The notes below the pieces were generated by a model that ran no database searches, was not told the DNA's origin, and was given only the letters and a program-made list of their open reading frames with translations. This document shows positions 29,096 to 38,755 of a stretch of DNA of 64,000 bases, one piece after another. Position 1 is the first letter of the stretch, and every line of letters begins with the position of its first letter. Position numbers and translations under genes: made by a program. Source of the stretch: an uncultured Acidobacteriota bacterium (lineage in GTDB: Bacteria; Acidobacteriota; Thermoanaerobaculia; Gp7-AA8); the NCBI GenBank assembly GCA_963822445.1, contig CAWGHO010000003.1:224001-288000 (forward strand), in the 5' to 3' direction.

Positions 29096-30366
29096 TCCGG
29101 GGAGAGTTCTCGACGCCTTGCCCGGATTCGCGACAACAAGACTTCGTTACCGGGTCGTGACGCTCAAGGCGAGTCCAAACCAGCTACCGTCGTCCGAAGC
29201 CGCGATCTTCGGGACAAACGAAATGACTCGAGCACTCCTCGCCCTGCTTCTCATCCTCGGACAATTTCCTGTCGCCGCCGCCACGCGCCGGCGAGCGGTG
29301 CAACATCCGTCACCGCCCGTCCCGCCAGCGGCCATCGTGGCGGCCGCAACTCAGGTCGCCGAAGCTGCATTGAAGGCGGGCGTTCCGGCGGTTCAGATCG
29401 CGGTGTCCGAGCGCGGACGGATCATCTACTCAGAAGCATTCGGCCTGACCGACAAACTCAGTGCGACCGCGGCAACACCGAAATCCGTGCTGCAGATCGG
29501 CTCGATCACGAAGCAATTCACTGCAGCGGCGATTCTCCGGCTGGCCGAGCGCGGGGCTCTGACCCTCGACGATCGCATCGAGAAACACCTTCCGGAGTTC
29601 AACCCCCGAGGAGCGACGATCACGCTGCGGCAGCTCCTCACTCACACTTCGGGAGTTCGTCGCGAGTGGTTCCCACCCGGGCCGCCGGGGATCAACCTCA
29701 TTGCGCCGGTCACCCGTGAGCAGACCATCCAGGGCCTGAACAGCGGGCAACTGCTCGATTCCACGCCCGGCACGAAGTGGAGCTACAGCAACGCCGGCTT
29801 CATGCTGCTCGGCCTGGCGATCGAATCGATCACGGGTACGTCGTACGCCGATTTCATCCATACCGAGTTCGCGTTGCCGCTCGGGCTCCTCGACACCGGC
29901 GTGTGCGGAACGTCCAACCTGCCGGTGCCTGAAGGTTACGGCCTGTCCGGAGCGACGTGGACGCGAATGCCGGCGTTCCATCCGACGGTGATCCTGTTTT
30001 CCGGTTCGCTTTGCTCGACTGCATCCGACCTCGCCCGCTGGGCGCACCTCCTCGCAACCGGCCAAGCCATCCTGCCTGATTCGTACGCGAAGATGATCAC
30101 CCCCGCACGGCTCGCGAACAACGTCAACGTGCTTTACGGACTCGGCCTGGACGTGAAGAACGTGCTCGGGCGTCCGGCCGCGGCGCACGGCGGCTCCGTG
30201 TGGGGCTTCGAGAGTTTTCTCCTCTATTTCCCCGAACAGGAGATCGCCGTGGCGGTCATCACGAATGCGTTCCCCGGACCAGATGAGATGAGAAGGCCAA
30301 CCTCCCACGCAGTCGCAGGAATCTGCGCTGCAAGGAATGCGTCGAGCGCAAGAAAGGAGATTGGCC

Positions 30367-31473
30367 GTGAAAAAGTCTACCAGCGTCGTCACGTGTACGA
30401 GCATGCAGAGCAATATCCGTGAAGCCGAGGTGATCGGGATCGATCTTGGAGATCGCGCATCGCACTTCGTGGGTCTGAACAGAAGCGGCGAAGTAGTGGC
30501 CACAGGAAGGGCGACGACGACAGCGACGGCGATCGCCAACGAGTTCGGCGCGATCGGACCAAAGTTGATCGCCATCGAGACAGGTACCCACTCTCCTTGG
30601 GTCTCGAGACTGCTCACGCAGTTGGGCCATCGCGTAGTCGTGGCCAACTCCCGAAAGCTTCGTCTGATCTACGAAAACCGCCGCAAGAACGACCGCGTTG
30701 ACGCCGAGTACCTGGCACGGCTGGTGAGGATGGACCCGAAACTGCTCGAGCCGATCACGCATCGTTCCGAGCGCGACCAGCAGCATCTGGCACTTCTGCG
30801 TTCGCGCGACAAGCTGGTGCGGACTCGCACAGGTCTGATTACGCATGTTCGGGGCACGGTCAAGTCGATCGGTCTGCGGCTGCCGGCTTGCTCTGCAGAG
30901 GCGTTCGTAAGTCGGGCGATGCCTCTGATCCCGAAAGAGCTGAAAGCTGCTCTTGACCCTGTTCTTCGCAACGTCGAGCAGCTGAACAAAGACATCGCCG
31001 GCTACGACCGCAAGATCGAGCAACTCGCCAGGACCGAGTACCCGGCCGCGAAGCTGCTCATGCAGATCACCGGTGTGGGACCCGTGACGTCGGTGGCGTT
31101 CGTGGTCACGGTGGGCGACCCGGGCCGGTTCAGGAAAAGTCGCACGGCGGGAGCGTGGGTCGGTCTCACGCCGGGCCAATCCGCCTCGGGTCAGCAGGAC
31201 CCCCAGATGAGGATCACCAAAGAAGGAGACAACTATCTGCGACGGCTACTGGTCAGTTGCGCGCAGTACATCCTCGGGCCGAATCGACCAGACTCGGATC
31301 TGCGCCGGCACGGGTTGGCGCTGGCGGCGCGAGGCGGAAAGAACGCGAAGAAACGAGCCGTGGTCGCGGTCGCACGAAAACTCGCGGTGCTCATGCACAG
31401 GCTGTGGCGTACGGAAGGCGTGTACGAACCTCTGTTCAACGCCAACAGGAGTGCCGAGCACTCAGCAGCTTGA
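30367..31473 (+). CDS. IS110-family DEDD transposase/recombinase
   Basis: AAAGGAGA RBS before GTG; GIDLG, IETG, KNDRVD (DEDD); GVGPVT; LTPGQSASG (catalytic Ser region); ITKEGDNYLRRLL; AVARKL. Confidence 0.95.
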   Translation: MKKSTSVVTCTSMQSNIREAEVIGIDLGDRASHFVGLNRSGEVVATGRATTTATAIANEFGAIGPKLIAIETGTHSPWVSRLLTQLGHRVVVANSRKLRLIYENRRKNDRVDAEYLARLVRMDPKLLEPITHRSERDQQHLALLRSRDKLVRTRTGLITHVRGTVKSIGLRLPACSAEAFVSRAMPLIPKELKAALDPVLRNVEQLNKDIAGYDRKIEQLARTEYPAAKLLMQITGVGPVTSVAFVVTVGDPGRFRKSRTAGAWVGLTPGQSASGQQDPQMRITKEGDNYLRRLLVSCAQYILGPNRPDSDLRRHGLALAARGGKNAKKRAVVAVARKLAVLMHRLWRTEGVYEPLFNANRSAEHSAA

Positions 31474-31719
31474 GAACCAGGTAGAACCGATCAGCAAAGA
31501 AAGAAACTCGACTCGATCCCTCATCCGGGTGACTGCGAGCGGCGGCTTGGTCGGCAGCGATGCCAGACCGTGGACCAGATGGCAGCACCCAGTTGAATCG
31601 GACCTCAGCATGCACCGAGCTCGATCGAGCTCACCAAGAGTGCGAATGGAAGCAAGGTCAGGACGAGCGGCGAGAGACAAAGGAGGGCGGCGCCACGTCG
31701 CCGCCCCTTGACAGGATCA
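31474..31719 (+). ncRNA. Predicted bridge/seekRNA in the 3' non-coding region (boundaries approximate)
   Basis: Hairpin 31527-31590 carries GGCGGCT and GGACCAG, matching the target; hairpin 31601-31659 carries ATGGAAG, matching the element end; terminal hairpin 31685-31706. Confidence 0.8.
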
Positions 31720-31821
31720 GGCCTTCTCATGGAAGCCGCCTACAGGCCACACCTCCTGGCCGCCGCCGTGGCGCAAGCCGCGCTCCCCGCGCAGTAGCGA
31801 CCATTAGCACGGGAATCGCGC

Positions 31822-33125
31822 ATGACTGCCATGGACGTTTTCTCGATCCGATCGCTCTCCCGGTGCTTCGCTATGGCGCTCGCCGCGACGATCGTCGCCG
31901 GCTCCGCGCTCGCGGATCAGCGAGTCATCGTTCTCCTTCAGCCATCGCAAGGCGCGCGATCGCAAGCCGCAACGATCGATCGCAACGCGCCGCGCATCTA
32001 CGCGAAGTGGCGCGTCGTTCCGGGATTTGCCGCGACGGTTGACGACGCGGAGATGCAGCGCCTCCGCAACGATCCCGCCGTCACCTCCGTCGAACCCGAC
32101 CTCGGCGGCAGCGTGACCGCCGTTTCGAGCGAAGGGTCGATCGGCCTCAACGGAGAGCTGATCGGCCTTCCCGCGGTGCATGCGCTCGGCTACGACGGCA
32201 CCGGGAGCACGGTCGCGGTGCTCGGCACCGGCGTTTCGCCGCACCCGGATCTGAACGGCCGCATCGTCGAAGAGCGTTGTTACTGCGCGTATGCGAACGG
32301 CCAGGGATGCTGCCCGAATGGCGCAACCCAGCAATTCGGCACTGGTTCCGCGCGCGACGACCTCGGTCACGAGACCAACGTCGCCGGGGTCATCGCCGGC
32401 AGAGGCGGCATCGCGCCCATCGGGATCGCGCCGGGAGCGAAGATCGTGGCGATCCGCACGAACGACGCCACCGGCAACATCGCCTGGACTTCGCAGGTGA
32501 TCTCGGCACTCGATTCGATCCTAGCCAGCCCGGTCCACGTCGACGCCGTCAACATGAGCTTCGCCATCGGCTTTCTGTCGAACAACGCGTGCGACGGGGA
32601 TAACCCCGCACTGACCGATGCGATGGCACGCGTGCGCGCTCGCGGCATCGTCCTCGTCGCAGCGACGCGGCGACGAAGGGAATCCGTCCGCCCGCCTGCA
32701 TCTCGGGGGTTCTTTCCGTCGGCGCGGTCTACCACACGAATCTCCCGTCGGCTTCGCTGCTGGGATGCACCGACACGCCCGCGGAGGTCGATCGTGTCAC
32801 GTGCTTCTCGAACTCCGCTGCGCAGCTCGATCTCCTCGCGCCCGGTTACCGCGTTCAGTCGCCGGCGAAGAATGGTGGAGTCTCGAACGCCAGCGGAACG
32901 TCGTTCTCAGCGCCGCATGTGGCCGGGGCCGTTGCCCTGCTGCGGCAGATCGATCCACAGTTGACGCCCGACGCCATCGAGGAGCTGCTCGAGTCGACGG
33001 GACGTCCGATCGTCGACAGCCGCAGCGGCATCACCACGCCGCGCCTCGACCTCTTCGCGGCAGTGATTAAGCTGCGTCTGAATGCGACGCCGGCGGGGCC
33101 GCGGCGCCGCTCTGTTCGGCACTGA
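31822..33125 (+). pseudogene. Subtilisin-like S8 peptidase, inactivated
   Basis: Signal and prodomain; AVLGTG (catalytic Asp replaced by Gly); GHET; a 10-bp deletion near 32664 removes SGN and shifts frame; SGTSFSAPHVAG; C-terminal RRRSVRH. Confidence 0.85.
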
Positions 33126-33128
33126 CGG
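32553..33128 (+). repeat. Direct repeat copy 1 (3' part of the S8 gene)
   Basis: Near-identical to 37385-37969. Confidence 0.92.
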
Positions 33129-33352
33129 ATATCGGCTCGGCGCTGAAACTCGGACGCTGCATCTGCGACAACGTCACCTACATCGGCCGGAGCGACAGCG
33201 TGCAGATTGCGCCGGTGCTGCTCTTCAATTGGATCGATATGTCTTGATCGCTCGCGTTACGCCGTCGACCGCGATCCAGGTGACGTGCCCTGTGATGCGG
33301 AAGTGGCCGTGGCCGATGGCCAGAACCCCGCGCGGGTTACAGTACAGCCTCC

Positions 33353-34159
33353 ATGAAGCCGTTTCTCTGCGCCGCGATTCAGCTCAACTCCACGGACGAT
33401 CGCGACAGGAATCTGGAAATGGCGCTGGCCCTGATCGATCGTGCTGCAGCACGCGGAGCGGAGCTCGTGGCGCTGCCGGAAAACGCCGACTACATCGGTC
33501 CGCAGGGGGTCAAAGTCAGTCTGGCCGAACCGATCGAAGGCCCGGCCTTCACGATGTTCGCGGCAAAAGCGAAGGCCCTGGGCATCTGGCTGCTGGCCGG
33601 ATCGATCGCCGAGTCCTCGCCGATCGAAGGCAAAGCGCGCAACACCTCGGTGCTGTTCGACCCTGAAGGAACGCAACGGGCGGTGTACAGGAAGATCCAC
33701 CTGTTCGACGTCGACCTCGCCGATGGCGCGCGATTCCGTGAGAGTGACGTGGTCGAGCCTGGCCGCGACGCTGTGGTCGTCGAGACTCCGCTGGCCGTCT
33801 TCGGCCTGACGATCTGCTACGACGTCCGTTTCCCGGAGCTCTATCGCGCACTTTCGGCGCGCGGCGCCGAGGTCCTGTTCGTGCCTTCGGCGTTCACGCT
33901 GCACACCGGGAAGGACCATTGGGAGGTCCTGCTGCGTGCACGAGCCATCGAAAACACGGCGTGGGTCGTCGCGCCGGCGCAGACTGGCGATCATGGTCGC
34001 GGCCGGCGAAGTTACGGGCACTCCATGATCGTGGACCCCTGGGGTGTCGTTGTGGCGCGATGTTCCGAGGGACCGGGCTTGTGCATCGCCGAGATCGATC
34101 CGGACCGGCTCACCAGCGTGCGCAGCGAGATTCCGTCTCTGCGACACCGGGTGATGTAG
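33353..34159 (+). CDS. Carbon-nitrogen hydrolase (Nit1/deaminated glutathione amidase-like)
   Basis: ALPEN, YRKIHLFD, ICYDVRFPE (E-K-C triad); HWEVLLRARAIEN; GHSMIVDPWG. Confidence 0.93.
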   Translation: MKPFLCAAIQLNSTDDRDRNLEMALALIDRAAARGAELVALPENADYIGPQGVKVSLAEPIEGPAFTMFAAKAKALGIWLLAGSIAESSPIEGKARNTSVLFDPEGTQRAVYRKIHLFDVDLADGARFRESDVVEPGRDAVVVETPLAVFGLTICYDVRFPELYRALSARGAEVLFVPSAFTLHTGKDHWEVLLRARAIENTAWVVAPAQTGDHGRGRRSYGHSMIVDPWGVVVARCSEGPGLCIAEIDPDRLTSVRSEIPSLRHRVM

Positions 34160-34295
34160 TGCAAGCAACAACCGATCTGCCGCGGGCGCCGATGTGGCTA
34201 CCACCGACGGGTTCGTACGGCTGACCGCGACGCCGCTGGACGCGCGAAACGATCACACCGCGCTAAGTACCTGGAATCAGAGAGATGCCTCACGC

Positions 34296-34332
34296 GGCGG
34301 TGACACGGGTTCGAATCCCGTATGCGCTACCA
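34296..34332 (+). pseudogene. 3' remnant of a tRNA (Glu-like); probable integration att-site scar
   Basis: GGCGGTGAC-ACGGGTTCGAATCCCGT-ATGCGCT-ACCA gives a T-arm, acceptor 3' strand and CCA; no 5' half or D-arm upstream. Confidence 0.75.
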
Positions 34333-34467
34333 ACTCTCGCGCAACGACGGAGCTCATCTTGATGTCCTTCGTGGATAGCGCGAAGTGGCTACGGTGGTGG
34401 TTCAGGCTTGCGTCCCTCTCAAAGATCGATGGTTGGATCCCAGTCGTCGCTGACGACTGACTCCCGC

Positions 34468-34572
34468 TTTTCTCTGTGTACCTCTGTGGCTCTGTGCTGA
34501 AAGCCTTTGACTCTTTCAAGTCTTCTATGCAAAAAGCTTTCACGACAGGGCCGCCGAGATACACGGAGAAAA
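34468..34572. repeat. Imperfect ~42-bp inverted repeat with CTCTGTG sub-repeats (REP/MITE-like)
   Basis: TTTTCTCTGTGTACCTCTGTGGCTCTGTGCTGAAAGCCTTTG pairs with CAAAAAGCTTTCACGACAGGGCCGCCGAGATACACGGAGAAAA. Confidence 0.7.
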
Positions 34573-34582
34573 TCTTCGAAAC

Positions 34583-37183
34583 ATGACTGTCGCCGCAGGC
34601 TCGAAGCTTGGCCCCTACGAGATGCTCGCCCCCCTCGGCGCAGGCGGAATGGGCGAGGTGTGGCGTGCGCGCGATACGCGCCTCGATCGCAGTGTGGCCA
34701 TCAAGATCCTGCCGCAGGCCTTCTCGTCCGACTCGAAGAGCAGGCTCCGGTTCGAGCGTGAGGCCAAGGCCATCTCGCAGCTCAATCACCCGAACATCTG
34801 CTCCCTTTTCGACGTCGGACACGACAGCGGCACCGACTATCTGGTCATGGAGCTGATGGAAGGCGAGTCGCTCGCCGACCGCATTGCTCGCGGTGGTGCT
34901 CTTCCTCTCGCGGAGGTAATCCGCTATGGCGCGCAGATCGCGGACGCGCTCCATGCCGCGCATCGCCAGGGCATCGTGCATCGCGATCTCAAGCCTGGGA
35001 ACATCATGCTCACGCGCACCGGCGCGAAGCTGCTCGACTTCGGGCTGGCTCGCACCGCGGAGACCGCCGCCAGCCACGATGGGCCGACGGCGGCGTTCAC
35101 AGCGCAGCGCCCGTTGACCGAGGAGGGGACGATTGTCGGGACGATCCAGTACATGTCGCCGGAGCAGCTCACCGGCAACCCAGCCGACCATCGCAGCGAC
35201 ATCTTCGCCCTCGGTGTCGTCCTCTACGAGATGGTCACCGGACGGCGCGCATTTCCCGGAAGCACGCGCACGAGCGTGGTCTCGGCGATCATCGCGGCGC
35301 AGCCGGCTCCGCTGTCCAGCGTGCAGCCACTTGCTCCGCACTCGCTGGAGCGCTTGATCGCCGCGTGCATCGCCAAGGATCCAGAACATCGATTGCAGTC
35401 TGCTCACGATGTCGGTGTGCAGTTGCGATGGCTCGAAGGCAGCGGCGAAGAAGACCGCGCATCGACGGCAGTCCGGCGGCCGTCGCTCGCGTGGAGAATC
35501 GCAGCGCTCTCTGCTCTGGCAGCGCTGGCGATTCTTGCGTATTTCCCGGTTCGCGATCGCGGGAAGGCGCCGGTTCAGCCCATCCGATTCACGATCTCGC
35601 CTCCGCCGCAGACGAATTTCAACGGTATGCCGGCTATTTCCGCCGATGGAACCAGGATCGTTCTGAATGCGCAGTCGGCTGACGGGAAGTCGATGTTCTG
35701 GCTGCGCACGATCGATCGTCTCGAGGTGCAGCCGATCAAGGGAAGCGAGAGCGCGAACTTTGCCTTCTGGTCGCCCGACGGGCAGCAGATCGGATTCACG
35801 GCACGCGGCAAGCTGTGGCGATTCAATATGGCCGACAACACGGTCAACGCGATCTGCGACGTGCCGGATGAGCTGCCGGGCGGCGCGACGTGGAATCGCA
35901 ACGGGGTAATCGTCTTCTCCTCCGCCGGTGCGCTGCATCGGATCTCCGCTTCCGGAGGTGCAGCCGTGCGGCTGGGAGTCACCCGGCCGGGTGAATCGAC
36001 GAGCTGGCCGTGGTTCCTGCCGGACGACGATCACTTCCTTTTCGACGCGTCATTGACGAAAGATCAGGGGATCTACGCAGGCTCGCTTTCGTCGAATGTC
36101 CGGAAACTGATTCTCAAATCGGATGACATCGTTAACGCTCGCGTCGCGTACGCCGCCGGGTACATTTTCTACAACCGCGGACCGGAGCTGTACGCGCAGA
36201 AGTTCGACGCGGATAAGCTGGAATTGACCGGCGAGCCGCAGAAGATCGACGACAACGTCGAGTTTTATGCCCCGGGCCGCTCGGCGTTTTCCGTATCGCA
36301 GACCGGCACGCTCGTTTATCACCCCGCGTCTGATCCGGTCGTAGATCAGCTGGCCTTCGTTGATCGCACCGGCGTCGAGCTGGCCAGCGCCGGTCCGCTG
36401 GCAGCGTACGACAGTTTCGAGCTGTCACCCGATGACCGAAAACTGGCGTTCACGCGCTGGGGAGCGGTCAGCGCAGTCTGGATGCTCGACATAGCGCGGG
36501 GCAGCCTGACACGACTCTCCTTTGAACCATGGTCTGGGTTTCCCTACTGGACCGCCGATGGCCGGAGCATTGTCTACGCAGCCGCAGTCGATACACCGCC
36601 GAACCTGTTTCTCAGGACAGAGAACGGCTCCATTCAACGCCTGACCACGATGGCGGCCGATCACTACCCGACCGACGTGACGCCCGACGGTAAGTCCGTG
36701 ATCGCGGAGATCACCAGGCCGCCGAACGGCATGGACACCATTCTGGTCCCGTTAGCCGCGCCGAATCGCCACGTTCCCCTGATCGCCACGAAATTCGACG
36801 ATCGTGAGGCCGTGGTCTCGCCCGATGGCGCCTGGCTCGCGTACGAGTCGAACGAGAGCGGCCAGTGGCAGGTGTACGCAACCCGTCTGACACCGGGGGG
36901 CAGCCGTGTGCAGATCTCGACCACCACCGGCATCCGCGCGCGCTGGAGCCGCGACGGACGCCGCCTCTACTACGTCGACATGAGCCAGAAAAAGCTCATG
37001 GAAGTGACGATCTCCATCGTCGAGGGCGAGCTCCAACCGTCACTTCCCACGCCGCTGTTCAGCTATGACAGCACCAACTACGACGTAACCCGCGACGGCC
37101 GCTTCCTCATCGCCAGACGGCAACTGAACCCCGACGCCGCACCGATGCACGTGTTCATGAACTGGCCCTCGACTGTGCGCTGA
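34583..37183 (+). CDS. Ser/Thr protein kinase with TM and TolB/PD40-like beta-propeller
   Basis: GAGGMG, HRDLKPGN, DFG, YMSPE; SPDG repeats. Confidence 0.95.
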   Translation: MTVAAGSKLGPYEMLAPLGAGGMGEVWRARDTRLDRSVAIKILPQAFSSDSKSRLRFEREAKAISQLNHPNICSLFDVGHDSGTDYLVMELMEGESLADRIARGGALPLAEVIRYGAQIADALHAAHRQGIVHRDLKPGNIMLTRTGAKLLDFGLARTAETAASHDGPTAAFTAQRPLTEEGTIVGTIQYMSPEQLTGNPADHRSDIFALGVVLYEMVTGRRAFPGSTRTSVVSAIIAAQPAPLSSVQPLAPHSLERLIAACIAKDPEHRLQSAHDVGVQLRWLEGSGEEDRASTAVRRPSLAWRIAALSALAALAILAYFPVRDRGKAPVQPIRFTISPPPQTNFNGMPAISADGTRIVLNAQSADGKSMFWLRTIDRLEVQPIKGSESANFAFWSPDGQQIGFTARGKLWRFNMADNTVNAICDVPDELPGGATWNRNGVIVFSSAGALHRISASGGAAVRLGVTRPGESTSWPWFLPDDDHFLFDASLTKDQGIYAGSLSSNVRKLILKSDDIVNARVAYAAGYIFYNRGPELYAQKFDADKLELTGEPQKIDDNVEFYAPGRSAFSVSQTGTLVYHPASDPVVDQLAFVDRTGVELASAGPLAAYDSFELSPDDRKLAFTRWGAVSAVWMLDIARGSLTRLSFEPWSGFPYWTADGRSIVYAAAVDTPPNLFLRTENGSIQRLTTMAADHYPTDVTPDGKSVIAEITRPPNGMDTILVPLAAPNRHVPLIATKFDDREAVVSPDGAWLAYESNESGQWQVYATRLTPGGSRVQISTTTGIRARWSRDGRRLYYVDMSQKKLMEVTISIVEGELQPSLPTPLFSYDSTNYDVTRDGRFLIARRQLNPDAAPMHVFMNWPSTVR

Positions 37184-37384
37184 TTCGAAGTGCGATCCCT
37201 ACGCAATCACTCGCAGCCCAGGGCCGGGCCGTACATCCGCATGGAGCGCCCGGGCCGAAGCGACCGCCGATCTTTCCGTTCAGCGCGACCATGGCAGGTG
37301 ATTGCGCTACGTCGGGAAATGCGGAAGCTTCTCCCACTTGTAAGAACGCGAGGCACCTGCTTTTCGTTGGCAGTCCTCGCTTCT

Positions 37385-37969
37385 CATGAGCATCGCCATC
37401 GGCTTTCTGTCGAACAGCGCGTGCGACGGAGATAACCCGGCGCTCACCGATGCGATGGCACGCGTGCGCGCTCGCGGCATCGTCCTCGTCGCCGCGAGCG
37501 GCAACGACGCGGCGACGAAGGGAACCGTCCGCCCGCCTGCATCTCGGGGGTACTTTCCGTCGGCGCGGTCTACCCCACGAATCTCCCGTCGGGTTCGCTG
37601 CTGGGATGCACCGACACGCCCGCGGAAGTCGATCGTGTCACGTGCTTCTCGAACTCCGCGGCGCAGCTCGATCTTCTCGCGCCCGGTTATCGCGTTCAGT
37701 CGCCGGCGAAGAATGGTGGAGTCTCGAACGCCAGCGGAACGTCGTTCTCAGCGCCGCATGTGGCCGGAGCCGTGGCGGTGCTACGGCAGATCGATCCACA
37801 GTTGACGCCCGACGCCATCGAGGAGCTGCTCGAGTCGACCGGACGTCCGATCGTCGACAGCCGCAACGGCATCACCACGCCGCGCCTCGACCTCTTCGCG
37901 GCGGTGATGAAGCTGCGTCTGAATGCGACGCCGGCGGGGCTGCGGCGCCGCCCTGTTCGGCACTGACGG
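37385..37969 (+). repeat. Direct repeat copy 2: 5'-truncated S8 peptidase fragment
   Basis: Retains SGND but has a 1-bp deletion near 37524; ends RRRPVRH. Confidence 0.9.
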
Positions 37970-37981
37970 CCGTCCTGACGA

Positions 37982-38755
37982 TCATCGGACGAGTGATCGC
38001 CTGCGAGGCGGCGGAGTGATGGCTGGCGCGCCGATGAACCAGAGTGCGACGAGGCGGCGCTGCAGCGGTGAGGGATTCGGTCCCGACCCATGCGCGAGGT
38101 GCGGATGGAAGACGACCGCGTCGCCTGGATCGAGCGGTATCAGCGTTCGACCGCTCTCGTCGAAGACGCCTGCATTGGTGTCGGACGTGTCGTAATCGAA
38201 TTTCACGGCGCCGCCGGCATGCGAGCCGGAGAGAACCTCGAACCCGCCGTTCCCCTCGTCCGCGCGATCGAGGGCGATCACCAGATTCGCCCCGCCGTAC
38301 TTCGCGATCGCGTCGCGCTGCTGCCATGCGACGAACGCCGCGTCCTGGTGCCAGGGAAAGCCAGTGCCGACCCTGGGCGCCTTCAGGTTGATCTGATCGA
38401 CGATCCAGCGCGGCGAGGTCACGCCGACCGACTCCATGAGCTTCAGCACCCGCCTGTCGTTGCGAAGGAGGGCCACCTCCCCGTTGGCGGACGACGCAAA
38501 CGTGATCTTTCGCAGCGCGCCGGGAGCGATCGCGGTCTCACCTCGGCGCCCGCTGGCAGTCTGCACCTCGTAACGCGCGCCATCGATCTCAGCGTCGGCC
38601 AGCAGGTGCGCCCCCTTCGACGCCAGCTCATCGCTTGCCGAGCGAAGAACTTCGACCTCTCGCGGTGTGAGGAAGAGCTGAACCAGCGCCCACCCATCGC
38701 GGTCGAACCGCTCGCGGATCATCGGTGCACCGAGCGCGTGCGATGACTGCTCCAT
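37982..38755 (-). CDS. Phytanoyl-CoA dioxygenase (PhyH)-family Fe/2OG enzyme (start 38755 or 38722)
   Basis: FDRDGW; FPWHQD; IALDRADEGNGG; LAHGSGPN..R. Confidence 0.88.
   Translation of the reverse strand: MEQSSHALGAPMIRERFDRDGWALVQLFLTPREVEVLRSASDELASKGAHLLADAEIDGARYEVQTASGRRGETAIAPGALRKITFASSANGEVALLRNDRRVLKLMESVGVTSPRWIVDQINLKAPRVGTGFPWHQDAAFVAWQQRDAIAKYGGANLVIALDRADEGNGGFEVLSGSHAGGAVKFDYDTSDTNAGVFDESGRTLIPLDPGDAVVFHPHLAHGSGPNPSPLQRRLVALWFIGAPAITPPPRRRSLVR

Larger units (their letters stand above)
30283..31735 (+). mobile_element. IS110-family, IS1111-type insertion sequence (1453 bp including one AG core)
   Basis: Sub-terminal perfect 11-bp IRs ATGAGAAGGCC (30288-30298) and GGCCTTCTCAT (31720-31730); AG core at 30281-30282 and 31734-31735; excision restores the host ORF; TTGACA at 31708-31713. 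Confidence 0.93.
29223..31797 (+). pseudogene. Secreted beta-lactamase-family serine hydrolase interrupted near its 3' end by the IS110-family element
   Basis: Signal plus RRRAVQHP; GSITK, YSN, HGG. Removing 30283-31735 restores the in-frame end NAFPGPAAYRPHLLAAAVAQAALPAQ* (TAG 31795-31797). Confidence 0.88.

Noticed and set aside
34255-34332. Intact tRNA gene
   Set aside because: No 5' acceptor strand complementary to ATGCGCT and no D-arm; only a 3' remnant.
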